From: Candidatus Dojkabacteria bacterium
GTDB lineage: Bacteria > Patescibacteriota > Dojkabacteria > SC72 > JAFGCJ01
Direction: 5' to 3'
DNA: 64,000 nucleotides
Assembly: GCA_016932785.1 (NCBI GenBank)
Contig: JAFGCJ010000001.1
Coordinates: forward strand, 74,909-138,908
In this document: positions 44,568 through 53,500 of the stretch, in pieces
Layout: each line of letters begins with the position of its first letter
How positions within the stretch are numbered: position 1 is the stretch's first letter
Notes under the pieces: generated by a model
What the model was told of the DNA's origin: nothing
What the model saw: only the letters and a program-made list of their open reading frames with translations
The model's database searches: none
Program-made: the position numbers and the translations under genes

Positions 44568-45952
44568 TGCTTTCAAGGCAAGAAATATCCAAAATCGATA
44601 TTGATAAGCTGAGTAAGGTTCATTTCATTGGGATACTCTCCCCTTTTAGCAGTTTTGCAGTTACAGTCTTGCTAAATAGGGATGTGAACGTGACGGCCTC
44701 TGAGTATGAACAGGGCGATCCCAAACGCAAAGACTGGGAGGATAAAGGAATTTTATATCCTGGAGGTCACAATGCTGACTATGTGACTAAGGATTTGGAT
44801 TTGATCGTTTACCCTAATGGACCGATTCCAAACAATCCAGAGTGTATGCGTGCTGATGAAATTGGTATTCCGGCAATTACTCTTGGACAAATGGTGGGAC
44901 TTATAAGCCGGGGAATGAAGACTATTGCCGTGGCGGGGACTCATGGAAAAACTACTACAACGGCATTAATTACTTGGATGATGAAGGAGACCATCGGGGA
45001 ACCGAATTTTATCTTTGGAAACGCTCCTGATTATATTCTTGGAATGAACAAAAACTGGAATGTAAATCCCGATAGTGAGTATCTTGTTTTGGAAGCGTGT
45101 GAGTATAAGCGTCAGTTCCTTGACCGGTCGCCCGTCCCCTATATTTCAGTCATTACTCATATTGATCTTGATCATACTGATTACTACAAGGATCAGGACG
45201 ACTACAATTCTGCCTTCACTGAGTTTCTAGAAAATACTACGGGGTCAATAGTAATTGACAGATCTAGAAAAAATGAGAAAGCCGTACTTTCTAGTCTTCG
45301 AACAAATGCCAAGGTTTATGATGCTTCAGAATATCGAAGGAAATATCCTGAAATTGAATCGAAAACTCTATATGGAGAACACAACTATGAGAATATGCTC
45401 AGGACTTTAATTACTGGAATTTCAGTTGGAATAGAACCAGACGAAGCTTTATCTGCTATTGCGTCTTTTCCGGGAGTAACTCGCAGATTTGAATTTGTAG
45501 GAGAAACTTTTCGTGGAGCAAAAGTTTTTAATGATTATGCCCACAATCCTCAGAAGGTAGAGGCATGTATTGGGGGTGCACAAAAGGCTTTTCCCGGGAA
45601 AAAGATTGTTCTGGTTTTTCAACCGCATAGTCATGAGAGATCTCATACTTTTCTGAATGAATTTGGGGAAGCTATTAAAAATGCTGACGTTGTTGTTGTT
45701 CCAAATATATATACTGATAGGAGGGAAACAAAAGAACAGATAGCCATGATTTCTGGTAAGGAGTTTGTTGACTCGTTGGAGTCAGCCAACCCCGGCAAGC
45801 CTATCTATTACACTGGCGGTATGGAAAATCTAGCTGAGAAAATAGCGGATATTGATGAAGGTGCCGGAATGGTTTTTGTTCTTGCAAGCGCCGGAGATTT
45901 GCCTGATGTGATTCCTCAAATTATTGAAAAAGGACCAGAGCATTGTGATTAG
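44567..45952 (+). CDS. murC: UDP-N-acetylmuramate--L-alanine ligase
   Basis: P-loop IAVAGTHGKTTTTALI, HIDLDHTDYY, DYAHNP, FQPH. The N-terminal Gly-rich loop is degenerate (VHFIGILSPFSSF instead of GIGGxGMS). Confidence 0.85.
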   Translation: MLSRQEISKIDIDKLSKVHFIGILSPFSSFAVTVLLNRDVNVTASEYEQGDPKRKDWEDKGILYPGGHNADYVTKDLDLIVYPNGPIPNNPECMRADEIGIPAITLGQMVGLISRGMKTIAVAGTHGKTTTTALITWMMKETIGEPNFIFGNAPDYILGMNKNWNVNPDSEYLVLEACEYKRQFLDRSPVPYISVITHIDLDHTDYYKDQDDYNSAFTEFLENTTGSIVIDRSRKNEKAVLSSLRTNAKVYDASEYRRKYPEIESKTLYGEHNYENMLRTLITGISVGIEPDEALSAIASFPGVTRRFEFVGETFRGAKVFNDYAHNPQKVEACIGGAQKAFPGKKIVLVFQPHSHERSHTFLNEFGEAIKNADVVVVPNIYTDRRETKEQIAMISGKEFVDSLESANPGKPIYYTGGMENLAEKIADIDEGAGMVFVLASAGDLPDVIPQIIEKGPEHCD

Positions 45953-45955
45953 TTG

Positions 45956-47353
45956 CTATTTCGACTTGCCGATTTCCTTTACATATCTTTTGAATTGATA
46001 ACCCTCGTCTTTATAATTTTGGAAAAGGGTGAAACTGGGAGATGCTGGTGATAGGAGGCAGATGTTACCTCTATCGGTGTTCTTGTAGCACATTTCAATG
46101 GCCTGCTTCATATCTGAGGCTTCGAATTTCTTGATATTGTGTTTTGGGGCGGATTTCTCAATTTCTGACCAAATTTTAGCACCAGTATCAGGGAATATGA
46201 TGACATTTTCTATAGAGCTTTCAGCTATTTTCTGGCCTAATTCTGAGAAGTCCAGCCCCCTATCAAATCCTCCGACAATGATTGTCTGAAGTTTATCTCC
46301 AAATGTATTTATTGCTTCGATTGTTGCTTGAGGTATTGTTGCTATGGAGTTGTTGTAGAATTTGATTCCTTTGTACATACCTGCCGGTTCCATGCGGTGT
46401 TCCAGCGGTCGGAATTCCTTTATTCCTTCAGCTATATTTTTGTATGGTATACCGAGCAATTGACCTATTATGATTCCGGGCATTACATTGAGAAGGTTAA
46501 ACCTTCCAAGTAACGGTATTTCCGTCGTAGAAATAACTTTGTGAGGTCTGCGACCTGTATTTTTTATGAATAAATATCCATCTTCTTCGTAGCAAACCGA
46601 TGTGTCACTGTTTGAGATTGAAAAAGGAAGTTTTTGTGCAGCAGTTTGATCCGCAAGGCTCTGGGCTTCTGAGGAATCTAAATTGTAAACAAAGTGATCA
46701 TTTGGGCCCTGATGTATGGTTATATTTGCCTTAGCATCAAGGTATTCTTCAAATGTTTTGTGATAGTTTAGATGCTCTGGAAAAATGTTTAGAAATACAG
46801 CTATATGTGGACTTATTTTCATATCATTAAGTTGATAGCTGGAGAGCTCGTATACATAAATTGAGCTTTGTGAATCTGAATCAAGATGATCAAGGATAGG
46901 ATTTCCGATGTTACCGACAAGATGAACATCTTCGAGGTTCTTTTCAAGGATATGGTAGATTATTGACGATGTTGTGCTCTTCCCTTTTGTACCGGTAATA
47001 CCGATGACTTTTCCTTTTGTGGAATTCATGAATATCTCGGTATTTGAGGTGACTTTTCCTTTTTCGATTGCAGTTTTTACTTCGGGAATTGAGGGTGGGA
47101 CGCCAGGAGATTTAATTATGACGTCATAATTTTCAATATAATTGGTCCAGTCATCTCCCAAATGAAGAAGCAAATTATTGTCCTTGGATATGATTTTTTG
47201 TGATTCCTCCGGTAATTCCTCTAGTTTCTTCATATCGCAAATGGCTATAGGCGTTTTGGGATTGTTTTTTCGTAGATAGCGGTATGCATCGTGTCCCTCT
47301 TCTCCAAATCCTATTATTAAGAGTGTCCGCTTCTTGAGTTCAGATGTTTTCAT
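45956..47353 (-). CDS. murD: UDP-N-acetylmuramoylalanine--glutamate ligase (MurD family)
   Basis: Rossmann N-domain LIIGFGEEGHD, P-loop GITGTKGKSTTSS, NSIATIPQA. 465 aa. Confidence 0.85.
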   Translation of the reverse strand: MKTSELKKRTLLIIGFGEEGHDAYRYLRKNNPKTPIAICDMKKLEELPEESQKIISKDNNLLLHLGDDWTNYIENYDVIIKSPGVPPSIPEVKTAIEKGKVTSNTEIFMNSTKGKVIGITGTKGKSTTSSIIYHILEKNLEDVHLVGNIGNPILDHLDSDSQSSIYVYELSSYQLNDMKISPHIAVFLNIFPEHLNYHKTFEEYLDAKANITIHQGPNDHFVYNLDSSEAQSLADQTAAQKLPFSISNSDTSVCYEEDGYLFIKNTGRRPHKVISTTEIPLLGRFNLLNVMPGIIIGQLLGIPYKNIAEGIKEFRPLEHRMEPAGMYKGIKFYNNSIATIPQATIEAINTFGDKLQTIIVGGFDRGLDFSELGQKIAESSIENVIIFPDTGAKIWSEIEKSAPKHNIKKFEASDMKQAIEMCYKNTDRGNICLLSPASPSFTLFQNYKDEGYQFKRYVKEIGKSK

Positions 47354-48768
47354 TCGATTTCCTTTCTTAGCAATTCTTCAAGATCTTCAGGAATAATATG
47401 TGCATCGTTCCATGATTCAACGATCTCATGAGATATTTCTTCGAGATTATTTGTTTTGGGTAAAATCTTTTCCTTGAAATAAACGAGTATAGGACTTTGG
47501 TTATATGTATTCTCACTTAGGGACTTTTTCATTCCAAGATATAGCGCGACGAGTGACTCTTCTTTTGTTCCAACACACTCAAGTGGTTTAGATTTCTCCT
47601 CCCCGATGAGCTGCTTGACCAATGGTAAAAGAGATTCTTCTTTGTATAAATCTTTTCCGAATATTTCTTTTATTTCTGCTCGAGTGATGAAGGGATAGAG
47701 AATCATAAAAACAAATAGGCATTTTGGGCATTCGCAGCACCAGATTCGTTTCTCTGCGTTAAGATTTTTCTGCAAGAAGTTGGAGTTGCAGCTTGAGAAA
47801 ATGCTGAAGTATTTCTTGTATGTGGAAAAAAGTCGAGCTATCTGAATCTCATGTAATGGTCGAAGGAAGCTGAAATATGTAAGCTGCGGGGCTATATATT
47901 TCTTGATGTATTGATCGAATCCCTTTTCGAAGAAAAAAGACTTGGAGTATTGGTGGTTTATTTCTCTACCAAGGTATTGGATGTTTCCGATATTAGAGCT
48001 CAGCTCGTTAGAAATAGCAATCTTGTCGAATCCAAATATCAACGAACAAAAGACAGCCTCCATACCTACAATCAGGCTTATTGGGATATGCCCATTGAGA
48101 TATTCGAGATTATTTAGTTCGAACAATCTCGGGTCAACCTCGCGTCTGGCCCGTATTATTTGGGAGATATGTGACGTCGAAATTGTGTCTTCTATTACTT
48201 TTACAGGGTTGGAAGCAAAACATGCGAGTGTGTAATTACTCTTTTTTAGTACTTCTATTGTTACTATTGAGTCCTTACCGCCTCCTACCGGAATGAGAAC
48301 TTTGTTTTTTTCCAATTTGAGGTCAGAAAAGTCTAGGTTATGTGTTTTCGGTTCTGTCACAAATGTAACAAAGTTTTTTGGAGTGAAGTCTATTTTGTTG
48401 GTAAAATAGAACTCCCCCATTCCGTTTGTGAATATTTCTGTCCACCATTTCTTTTGATTGCTATCAAGATTTCCGCATTTAATCAAGATTACTGGGGAAC
48501 ATGTGGCTTTCCAGTAGTTAAGTATTTCTGTTAATCCAACGTGAAAGACCAGATTTTCAATGATTTGGTCTGGAATTTGCTGGATATTAGAATCAGCGAC
48601 ATTCTCTATGGTAACCTTATGCTCAAATTTAATATCCGGTTCTAATCTATAGTGAAATTTAAGATGAAGATCTCCGTTATTAATGCTATAGTCATAGGAG
48701 TCGTAGATGAATTGAGGGTGTTTTTTTCTTAATTCTTCTGGCGTATACATTATTTGGCATAATAACAA
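47350..48768 (-). CDS. PP-loop-like protein coupled to murD; possible UDP-MurNAc-L-Ala-L-Glu epimerase (MurL-like)
   Basis: 472 aa. VLIPVGGGKDSIV resembles the SGGxDS PP-loop. Cys cluster WCCECPKC. Its stop overlaps the murD start by 4 nt. The function is inferred from context and chemistry and is not verified. Confidence 0.4.
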   Translation of the reverse strand: MLLCQIMYTPEELRKKHPQFIYDSYDYSINNGDLHLKFHYRLEPDIKFEHKVTIENVADSNIQQIPDQIIENLVFHVGLTEILNYWKATCSPVILIKCGNLDSNQKKWWTEIFTNGMGEFYFTNKIDFTPKNFVTFVTEPKTHNLDFSDLKLEKNKVLIPVGGGKDSIVTIEVLKKSNYTLACFASNPVKVIEDTISTSHISQIIRARREVDPRLFELNNLEYLNGHIPISLIVGMEAVFCSLIFGFDKIAISNELSSNIGNIQYLGREINHQYSKSFFFEKGFDQYIKKYIAPQLTYFSFLRPLHEIQIARLFSTYKKYFSIFSSCNSNFLQKNLNAEKRIWCCECPKCLFVFMILYPFITRAEIKEIFGKDLYKEESLLPLVKQLIGEEKSKPLECVGTKEESLVALYLGMKKSLSENTYNQSPILVYFKEKILPKTNNLEEISHEIVESWNDAHIIPEDLEELLRKEIE

Positions 48769-49084
48769 TTTTAATTTAGTTCGGCAATTAAAACTGAAAA
48801 AAAACAGTATTGATAAACTAAAACGTAAGATTGAGAAGGTTCATCACAATCAGTATGAACTTACTCTTCCAGATGGAAGCCCCGCCCCTACTCCATTAAG
48901 GCTATGTTCATGTGGTTTTGCTTCAGCGGCGAGCGGAATAGGCTTTGTTACCGGGCGAAAGGTAGAGCCAATTGATATCGGATTACGACTTATTCGAAAT
49001 TGCAAATCAAATGTTCCTACTGCTAGAGTTTGTTATCCAGGTGTCGTTGTTGATGATCAGCCTCTCGATCTTGCTATAACTTGG

Positions 49085-49675
49085 ATGCATGAAGGACAGA
49101 GGATGGAAGATCTTGAAAAAGCAGGGAGGCAAATTCTGGAAGCGTATCTTTCAGCTTCCCTCAATGACTTGGATGAGGAACCTGATGCTGAGGTTTATAT
49201 TAAAGATGCAGAAGCCGAGGAGTATACTCCTGGATTTAACCTTGCCCAGGGTATCGACAAACGGCCTCTTGCGGAACTACTACGCGATTCCTACGGAGTG
49301 AATGTGGCTATTTTGGGATGTGATAGTGACGCAACCCCGGGAGGATATGACATGGGTTCACATTACGGGGTTAGTAGTTCTGTTGAGCTTAAGAATAGCT
49401 TGTTGCGTCTTCTTAGTGGTGAAACCATCGAGGTAGAAGGTAAAATTGTTGGTGGAAAAAGAGGGTTTATTCAGGCATCTCTTGTTTGTGATAAGCTGGA
49501 TTATCTTGATATTACAGCTTCGACACATAATGTTATGATACCGGTAGGTTCGGGTGGGAGGAACAATACTATCTGTTTCTCTGATCCTGTCAATGGTGTT
49601 ACACAGCTAAAAGAAAATAAACTTCTCGATGCTTTGGGTAAAAGTTTTATAGTTGTCTGGAACTCTGATTCATAA
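49085..49675 (+). CDS. Hypothetical protein (minimal ORF; the frame stays open upstream to 48716)
   Basis: 196 aa from the first ATG. The same frame is stop-free and protein-like for about 120 more codons upstream, with no ATG, GTG or TTG. Ends 17 nt before murE, and the spacer contains GGAG. Confidence 0.6.
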   Translation: MHEGQRMEDLEKAGRQILEAYLSASLNDLDEEPDAEVYIKDAEAEEYTPGFNLAQGIDKRPLAELLRDSYGVNVAILGCDSDATPGGYDMGSHYGVSSSVELKNSLLRLLSGETIEVEGKIVGGKRGFIQASLVCDKLDYLDITASTHNVMIPVGSGGRNNTICFSDPVNGVTQLKENKLLDALGKSFIVVWNSDS

Positions 49676-49692
49676 TTTTGCTGGAGTAGTTA

Positions 49693-51327
49693 ATGGAATA
49701 TTCTAATAAGAAAAAGGTGTTCTGTGTAGGCATGGGCGGCGGTGGTAATTTCTATATCGCAAAGTTTTTCATTTTGTTAGGAGCTGAGGTCTACGGTTCG
49801 GATACACAAGAAAGTGACAATGTGAAACAGCTAGTAGATCTTGGAGTTAAGTTTGAAAAAGGTAATCCCCAAAAGCCTTTTGATAAGGACTTCGATCTGT
49901 GGATATATTCTGAAGCTTTGCCGAATGAAGCTCTTAGCAATCTCAAGGATTGGAATAAGGATATTCCTTCAGTTGAAGTTGGTGAGTTTTTCGATGAGCT
50001 TGTTGATAATTATGAAAAAGGTGTGCTGACTGATTCTGAAAGAGATGCATTTAATAAGTCAGATATTGCCCCATTGTATAAAGCTGATTTCAATCGAATG
50101 AAGTATATAGGTGTGACCGGAACTGATGGTAAGACAACAACTTGTTCGATGATATACCATATTCTTAAGAGTTCCGGGTTTAAGCCGGCCATGATTACAA
50201 CAGTTTCTGCAAAGATTGGCGATGAAGAGATTGATACTGGGTTTCATGTCACCACTCCCCCGGCGCAAGACCTGTATTGGTTTATTAAGAAAATAGAAGA
50301 AGCCGGGTGTACACATGTTGTTATTGAGGCGACCTCTCATGGATTGAGTATGGGAAGGTTGGCTGGTGCTAAATTTGATGTGGCGGTTTATACCAATATT
50401 ACAGATGAGCATCTTGATTATCATAAGGATTGGGACGGCGTTTTTGAGGCGAAGTCGCGTCTTATTAGAAAGCATTTAAAAGAAAAGGGAGTAGCAGTAT
50501 TGAATTACGATGATGAAAGATCGTATGGGAAGCTGAATGAATTGGCTCGGGAAACTTTAATCTATGGCTGGAGAAATAATCCTCAATCAAAAGATATCGA
50601 TGTGGCTGCAGCAAACGTTAGTATTAGTGGTGATGCGATTAAATTTGATGTGGCTGATATTGCGGCGGATAAAAGTTATTCTGCTAAGTTACATCTTCTT
50701 GGAGATTACAATATAAGCAACGCCCTGGCTTCAATTGCTGCTGCTAAGTGCGTTGGAGTATCGATTGAAGATTCGGTAAAGGCGTTGAGCACTTTTGAGG
50801 CTGTAACCGGTCGAATGGAAGTGCTTCAAAATGATCCATTTAAAGTTATTGTTGATTTTGCCCACACCCCGGGAGGTCTGGAGAATGCGCTTAGGTCTGT
50901 GAGAGATCTTCCTGGGAAAGGACGTTTGATTGCTGTGTTTGGCTGTGCCGGTAAACGTGATACCTACAAGCGCGCAAAGATGGGTAAAATTGCGGCGAAA
51001 TATGCTGATATAACGATACTTACCGCTGAGGATCCCAGATTTGAAAAGCTTTCTGATATAAACGATGAAATCGAGAAGGGCTGGAAATCCGCAGGTAAAT
51101 CGATTACTTCGGGCAGAGAACTCTATCGTTTCGATGATGACTCTGCAAATGTTAAAGTGCGCCGAGATGCAATGAAAAAAGCCGTGGATATAGCGAGCCC
51201 TGGAGATATTGTTGTAGTTCTGGGTAAGTCGCATGAAAAAAGTTTATGCTTTGGGGTTACGGAATATCCGTGGAATGATATTGAAGAAATGGAAAAGATC
51301 TTGGGGCATGAAATTCAACATAATTGA
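49693..51327 (+). CDS. murE: UDP-MurNAc-tripeptide synthetase (MurE family) with MurC-like N-terminal domain
   Basis: Central and C-terminal MurE motifs: GVTGTDGKTTT, HVTTPPA, EATSHGL, TNITDEHLDYH, FAHTPGG, VFGCAGKRDTYKR, TAEDPRFE (a DNPR-like motif with Arg retained). The N-terminus KVFCVGMGGGGNFYIAKFFILLGAEVYGSD looks like a MurC/MurD Rossmann domain. Confidence 0.8.
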   Translation: MEYSNKKKVFCVGMGGGGNFYIAKFFILLGAEVYGSDTQESDNVKQLVDLGVKFEKGNPQKPFDKDFDLWIYSEALPNEALSNLKDWNKDIPSVEVGEFFDELVDNYEKGVLTDSERDAFNKSDIAPLYKADFNRMKYIGVTGTDGKTTTCSMIYHILKSSGFKPAMITTVSAKIGDEEIDTGFHVTTPPAQDLYWFIKKIEEAGCTHVVIEATSHGLSMGRLAGAKFDVAVYTNITDEHLDYHKDWDGVFEAKSRLIRKHLKEKGVAVLNYDDERSYGKLNELARETLIYGWRNNPQSKDIDVAAANVSISGDAIKFDVADIAADKSYSAKLHLLGDYNISNALASIAAAKCVGVSIEDSVKALSTFEAVTGRMEVLQNDPFKVIVDFAHTPGGLENALRSVRDLPGKGRLIAVFGCAGKRDTYKRAKMGKIAAKYADITILTAEDPRFEKLSDINDEIEKGWKSAGKSITSGRELYRFDDDSANVKVRRDAMKKAVDIASPGDIVVVLGKSHEKSLCFGVTEYPWNDIEEMEKILGHEIQHN

Positions 51328-51388
51328 TGAGAAATTGAGTTTTCATTATACTTATGTAAAGACGATCTAAATTCGTTTCTATTTATTT

Positions 51389-51553
51389 ATGGCATCAATA
51401 AATAAAGAATGGGTTATGAACCGGTCAAATCTCAATTCTCTTAGGCGTGCGGCAATCGATGCAGCTGATGAAATAAGTGTGTCAGATGATGCTGAGAGAT
51501 GGCTCCGGGAACTGGCGGAGGTTGCAGCAAGGCTAATGAGGGTTATTGAATAG
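51389..51553 (+). CDS. Possible small protein (54 aa)
   Basis: Not in the track (<60 aa). MASINKEWVMNRSNLNSLRRAAIDAADEISVSDDAERWLRELAEVAARLMRVIE, predicted helical. Followed by a weak hairpin (ATAGC...GCTAT) and a T-rich run. Confidence 0.3.
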   Translation: MASINKEWVMNRSNLNSLRRAAIDAADEISVSDDAERWLRELAEVAARLMRVIE

Positions 51554-51744
51554 CTTAGTGTAGTAAATTTGTTCTAGATATAGCGTTTTCGGCTGATGCT
51601 ATTTATTTTTCCTTTCTACTCTTGTTAGAAGTCGTGAGTATAAGAGGCCTTGGTGCTTCAATCTTGATAGGTTTTTGAGTCAAATATCATGGTGGTATAT
51701 AGTGGTGAAACCCTCCCTGCAATATAAGTTTTAAATATCAAGCA

Positions 51745-52128
51745 ATGTCACTTACAGATAGTGATATCGAAAGAATTGGAGCTGTTGTAGATGAACGGCT
51801 GGATAACAGATTTGGGGTTGATGATATGAAGCTTATGGAGAAAGTTGATCGTCTTGTGGAGGAGAAGGTTAAGGAGAATATCAATAGACTTCTTGAGTAT
51901 TTTGTTACGAAACCTGAGCTTGAGCAGAAGCTTGAGAAAGCTGTCGAAAAATTACTTTCAGATTTGGGTGGGAAAATATCAAAATTACAGGACGTTGTTC
52001 TCGGAATTAAGTCTGATCTTGATTATGAAATAAAGCTTATCTCAGGAGGGATATTGGAGCGGCATGAAGATATGCTTGAGAATCATGAAAAAAGAATCTC
52101 ATTACTTGAGGATAAAGGAAGCCATTAA
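51745..52128 (+). CDS. Hypothetical coiled-coil protein
   Basis: 127 aa with heptad-like E/K/L-rich sequence. Its stop codon overlaps the convergent thiI stop. Confidence 0.5.
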   Translation: MSLTDSDIERIGAVVDERLDNRFGVDDMKLMEKVDRLVEEKVKENINRLLEYFVTKPELEQKLEKAVEKLLSDLGGKISKLQDVVLGIKSDLDYEIKLISGGILERHEDMLENHEKRISLLEDKGSH

Positions 52129-53312
52129 TTTGGAGATATTACTTTTGGGGTAGTATCATTGAGCGTGTCTTGTATTATCTTGTCATATGAATGAAACTTG
52201 CCCTCCTCCTCTATTATTTTCGAGATGCTGACTTTCGTTCTTGCATGACGATCGATTATGGAGCAGCAGTCCTTACCGGGCTGTATTGAAGTAATGTATG
52301 TTCCGATACGTTTGGACAGTGAAATTATCTCCTCTTTATCCATTCCTATTAATGGTCGGAAACAGACTGTGTTTTCGAGGGCATCATTAGTGGCATTGAG
52401 GTTCTCGATTGTTTGTGAGGCGACCTGACCCAGGTTGTCGCCTGTAGCTATGGCATCGATTTTATTATCCATACATAGTTTTTCGGCGATTCTTAACATG
52501 AATCTTCTGAACAGCACAAGTTCGTATTCTGTGTCTATCTCGGTGATTCCTAGATTAAAATGTAGATATGGTGCTAAGTACATTCGGCTTTTACCAGTAA
52601 ATTTTGTCATCTCTTTTGCAAGTTTCATTATTTTCGAGTCGTCGCCGGGTTCATTGACATAGAAATGAAGGAAATCAATACTGCAGCCTCTTTTGGCCAT
52701 CATATGTGCTGCTACCGGAGAGTCTATACCACCGGAAAGGAGGACTAGCACGCGTCCATTACTTCCTACCGGTAGGCCTCCCGGTCCCGGAGTCTTTGTG
52801 TCGTAAACGAATATCTCTGTGGGATTGATTTCAAGGGAATAAGTGTCGTCGGGGTTAGTTAAATCGACTTTCTTGTAATCTGTTTTAGCAATAATGTTTG
52901 CTCCGATTTGTCTTTCTATTTCTGCCGACTTGGGGGTATAGGTTTTGTCTGCTCTTTTACATGAGATTTTAAATGTTCTTTTGGAGTCTGCTTTGGCGTG
53001 TGCTCTTGAGGTGATTATTTTTGAAATTGTGTCGAGGTCTGATTTTCTGGGAAGGGCCTCGACAGCAGCAAACCACTTTATTCCAAATGTTGTTTTAAGG
53101 ATTTGAGGGATAGTCTCCTTTTGGGATGTGCTTTCGATTTCCAGTGTAAGATATTTGTTTTTAATTTCAATATTAGGTTCCCCTTCTCTGTGCTTCATCC
53201 GGTTTTTAATATTTCGTTTAAGTTGGAATTCAAAATCCTTACGATTCTTACCTTTAAGTCCTATTTCACCATAATGAATGAGGTATGTTTGTTTGAGTTT
53301 TTTCGGTTTCAT
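52125..53312 (-). CDS. thiI: tRNA 4-thiouridine(8) synthase ThiI
   Basis: N-terminal ferredoxin-like/THUMP region and PP-loop VLVLLSGGIDSPVAAHMMAKRG. 395 aa. Confidence 0.85.
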   Translation of the reverse strand: MKPKKLKQTYLIHYGEIGLKGKNRKDFEFQLKRNIKNRMKHREGEPNIEIKNKYLTLEIESTSQKETIPQILKTTFGIKWFAAVEALPRKSDLDTISKIITSRAHAKADSKRTFKISCKRADKTYTPKSAEIERQIGANIIAKTDYKKVDLTNPDDTYSLEINPTEIFVYDTKTPGPGGLPVGSNGRVLVLLSGGIDSPVAAHMMAKRGCSIDFLHFYVNEPGDDSKIMKLAKEMTKFTGKSRMYLAPYLHFNLGITEIDTEYELVLFRRFMLRIAEKLCMDNKIDAIATGDNLGQVASQTIENLNATNDALENTVCFRPLIGMDKEEIISLSKRIGTYITSIQPGKDCCSIIDRHARTKVSISKIIEEEGKFHSYDKIIQDTLNDTTPKVISPN

Positions 53313-53500
53313 AGATCAATTTTATCATTGTAAATGATTGTTCGCCTAGGTGTGCGGGTAGGACCTTTTATATTGTGCTTTTTCGTTACTTGCTTCTTCT
53401 GCAAGAAATTTTACGATGCTTGCGGATGGTTCGGTCGGATGATTATGTGTGCCTAGTGTGACGGAAGAAGTTATTGTGAATGAGGGTGATTTTTTGTTTC

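Noticed and set aside
50059-51234. Antisense ORFs of 138 and 167 aa within murE
   Set aside because: The opposite-strand frame carries a full set of MurE motifs. The antisense products have no motifs, and their composition is typical of shadow ORFs.
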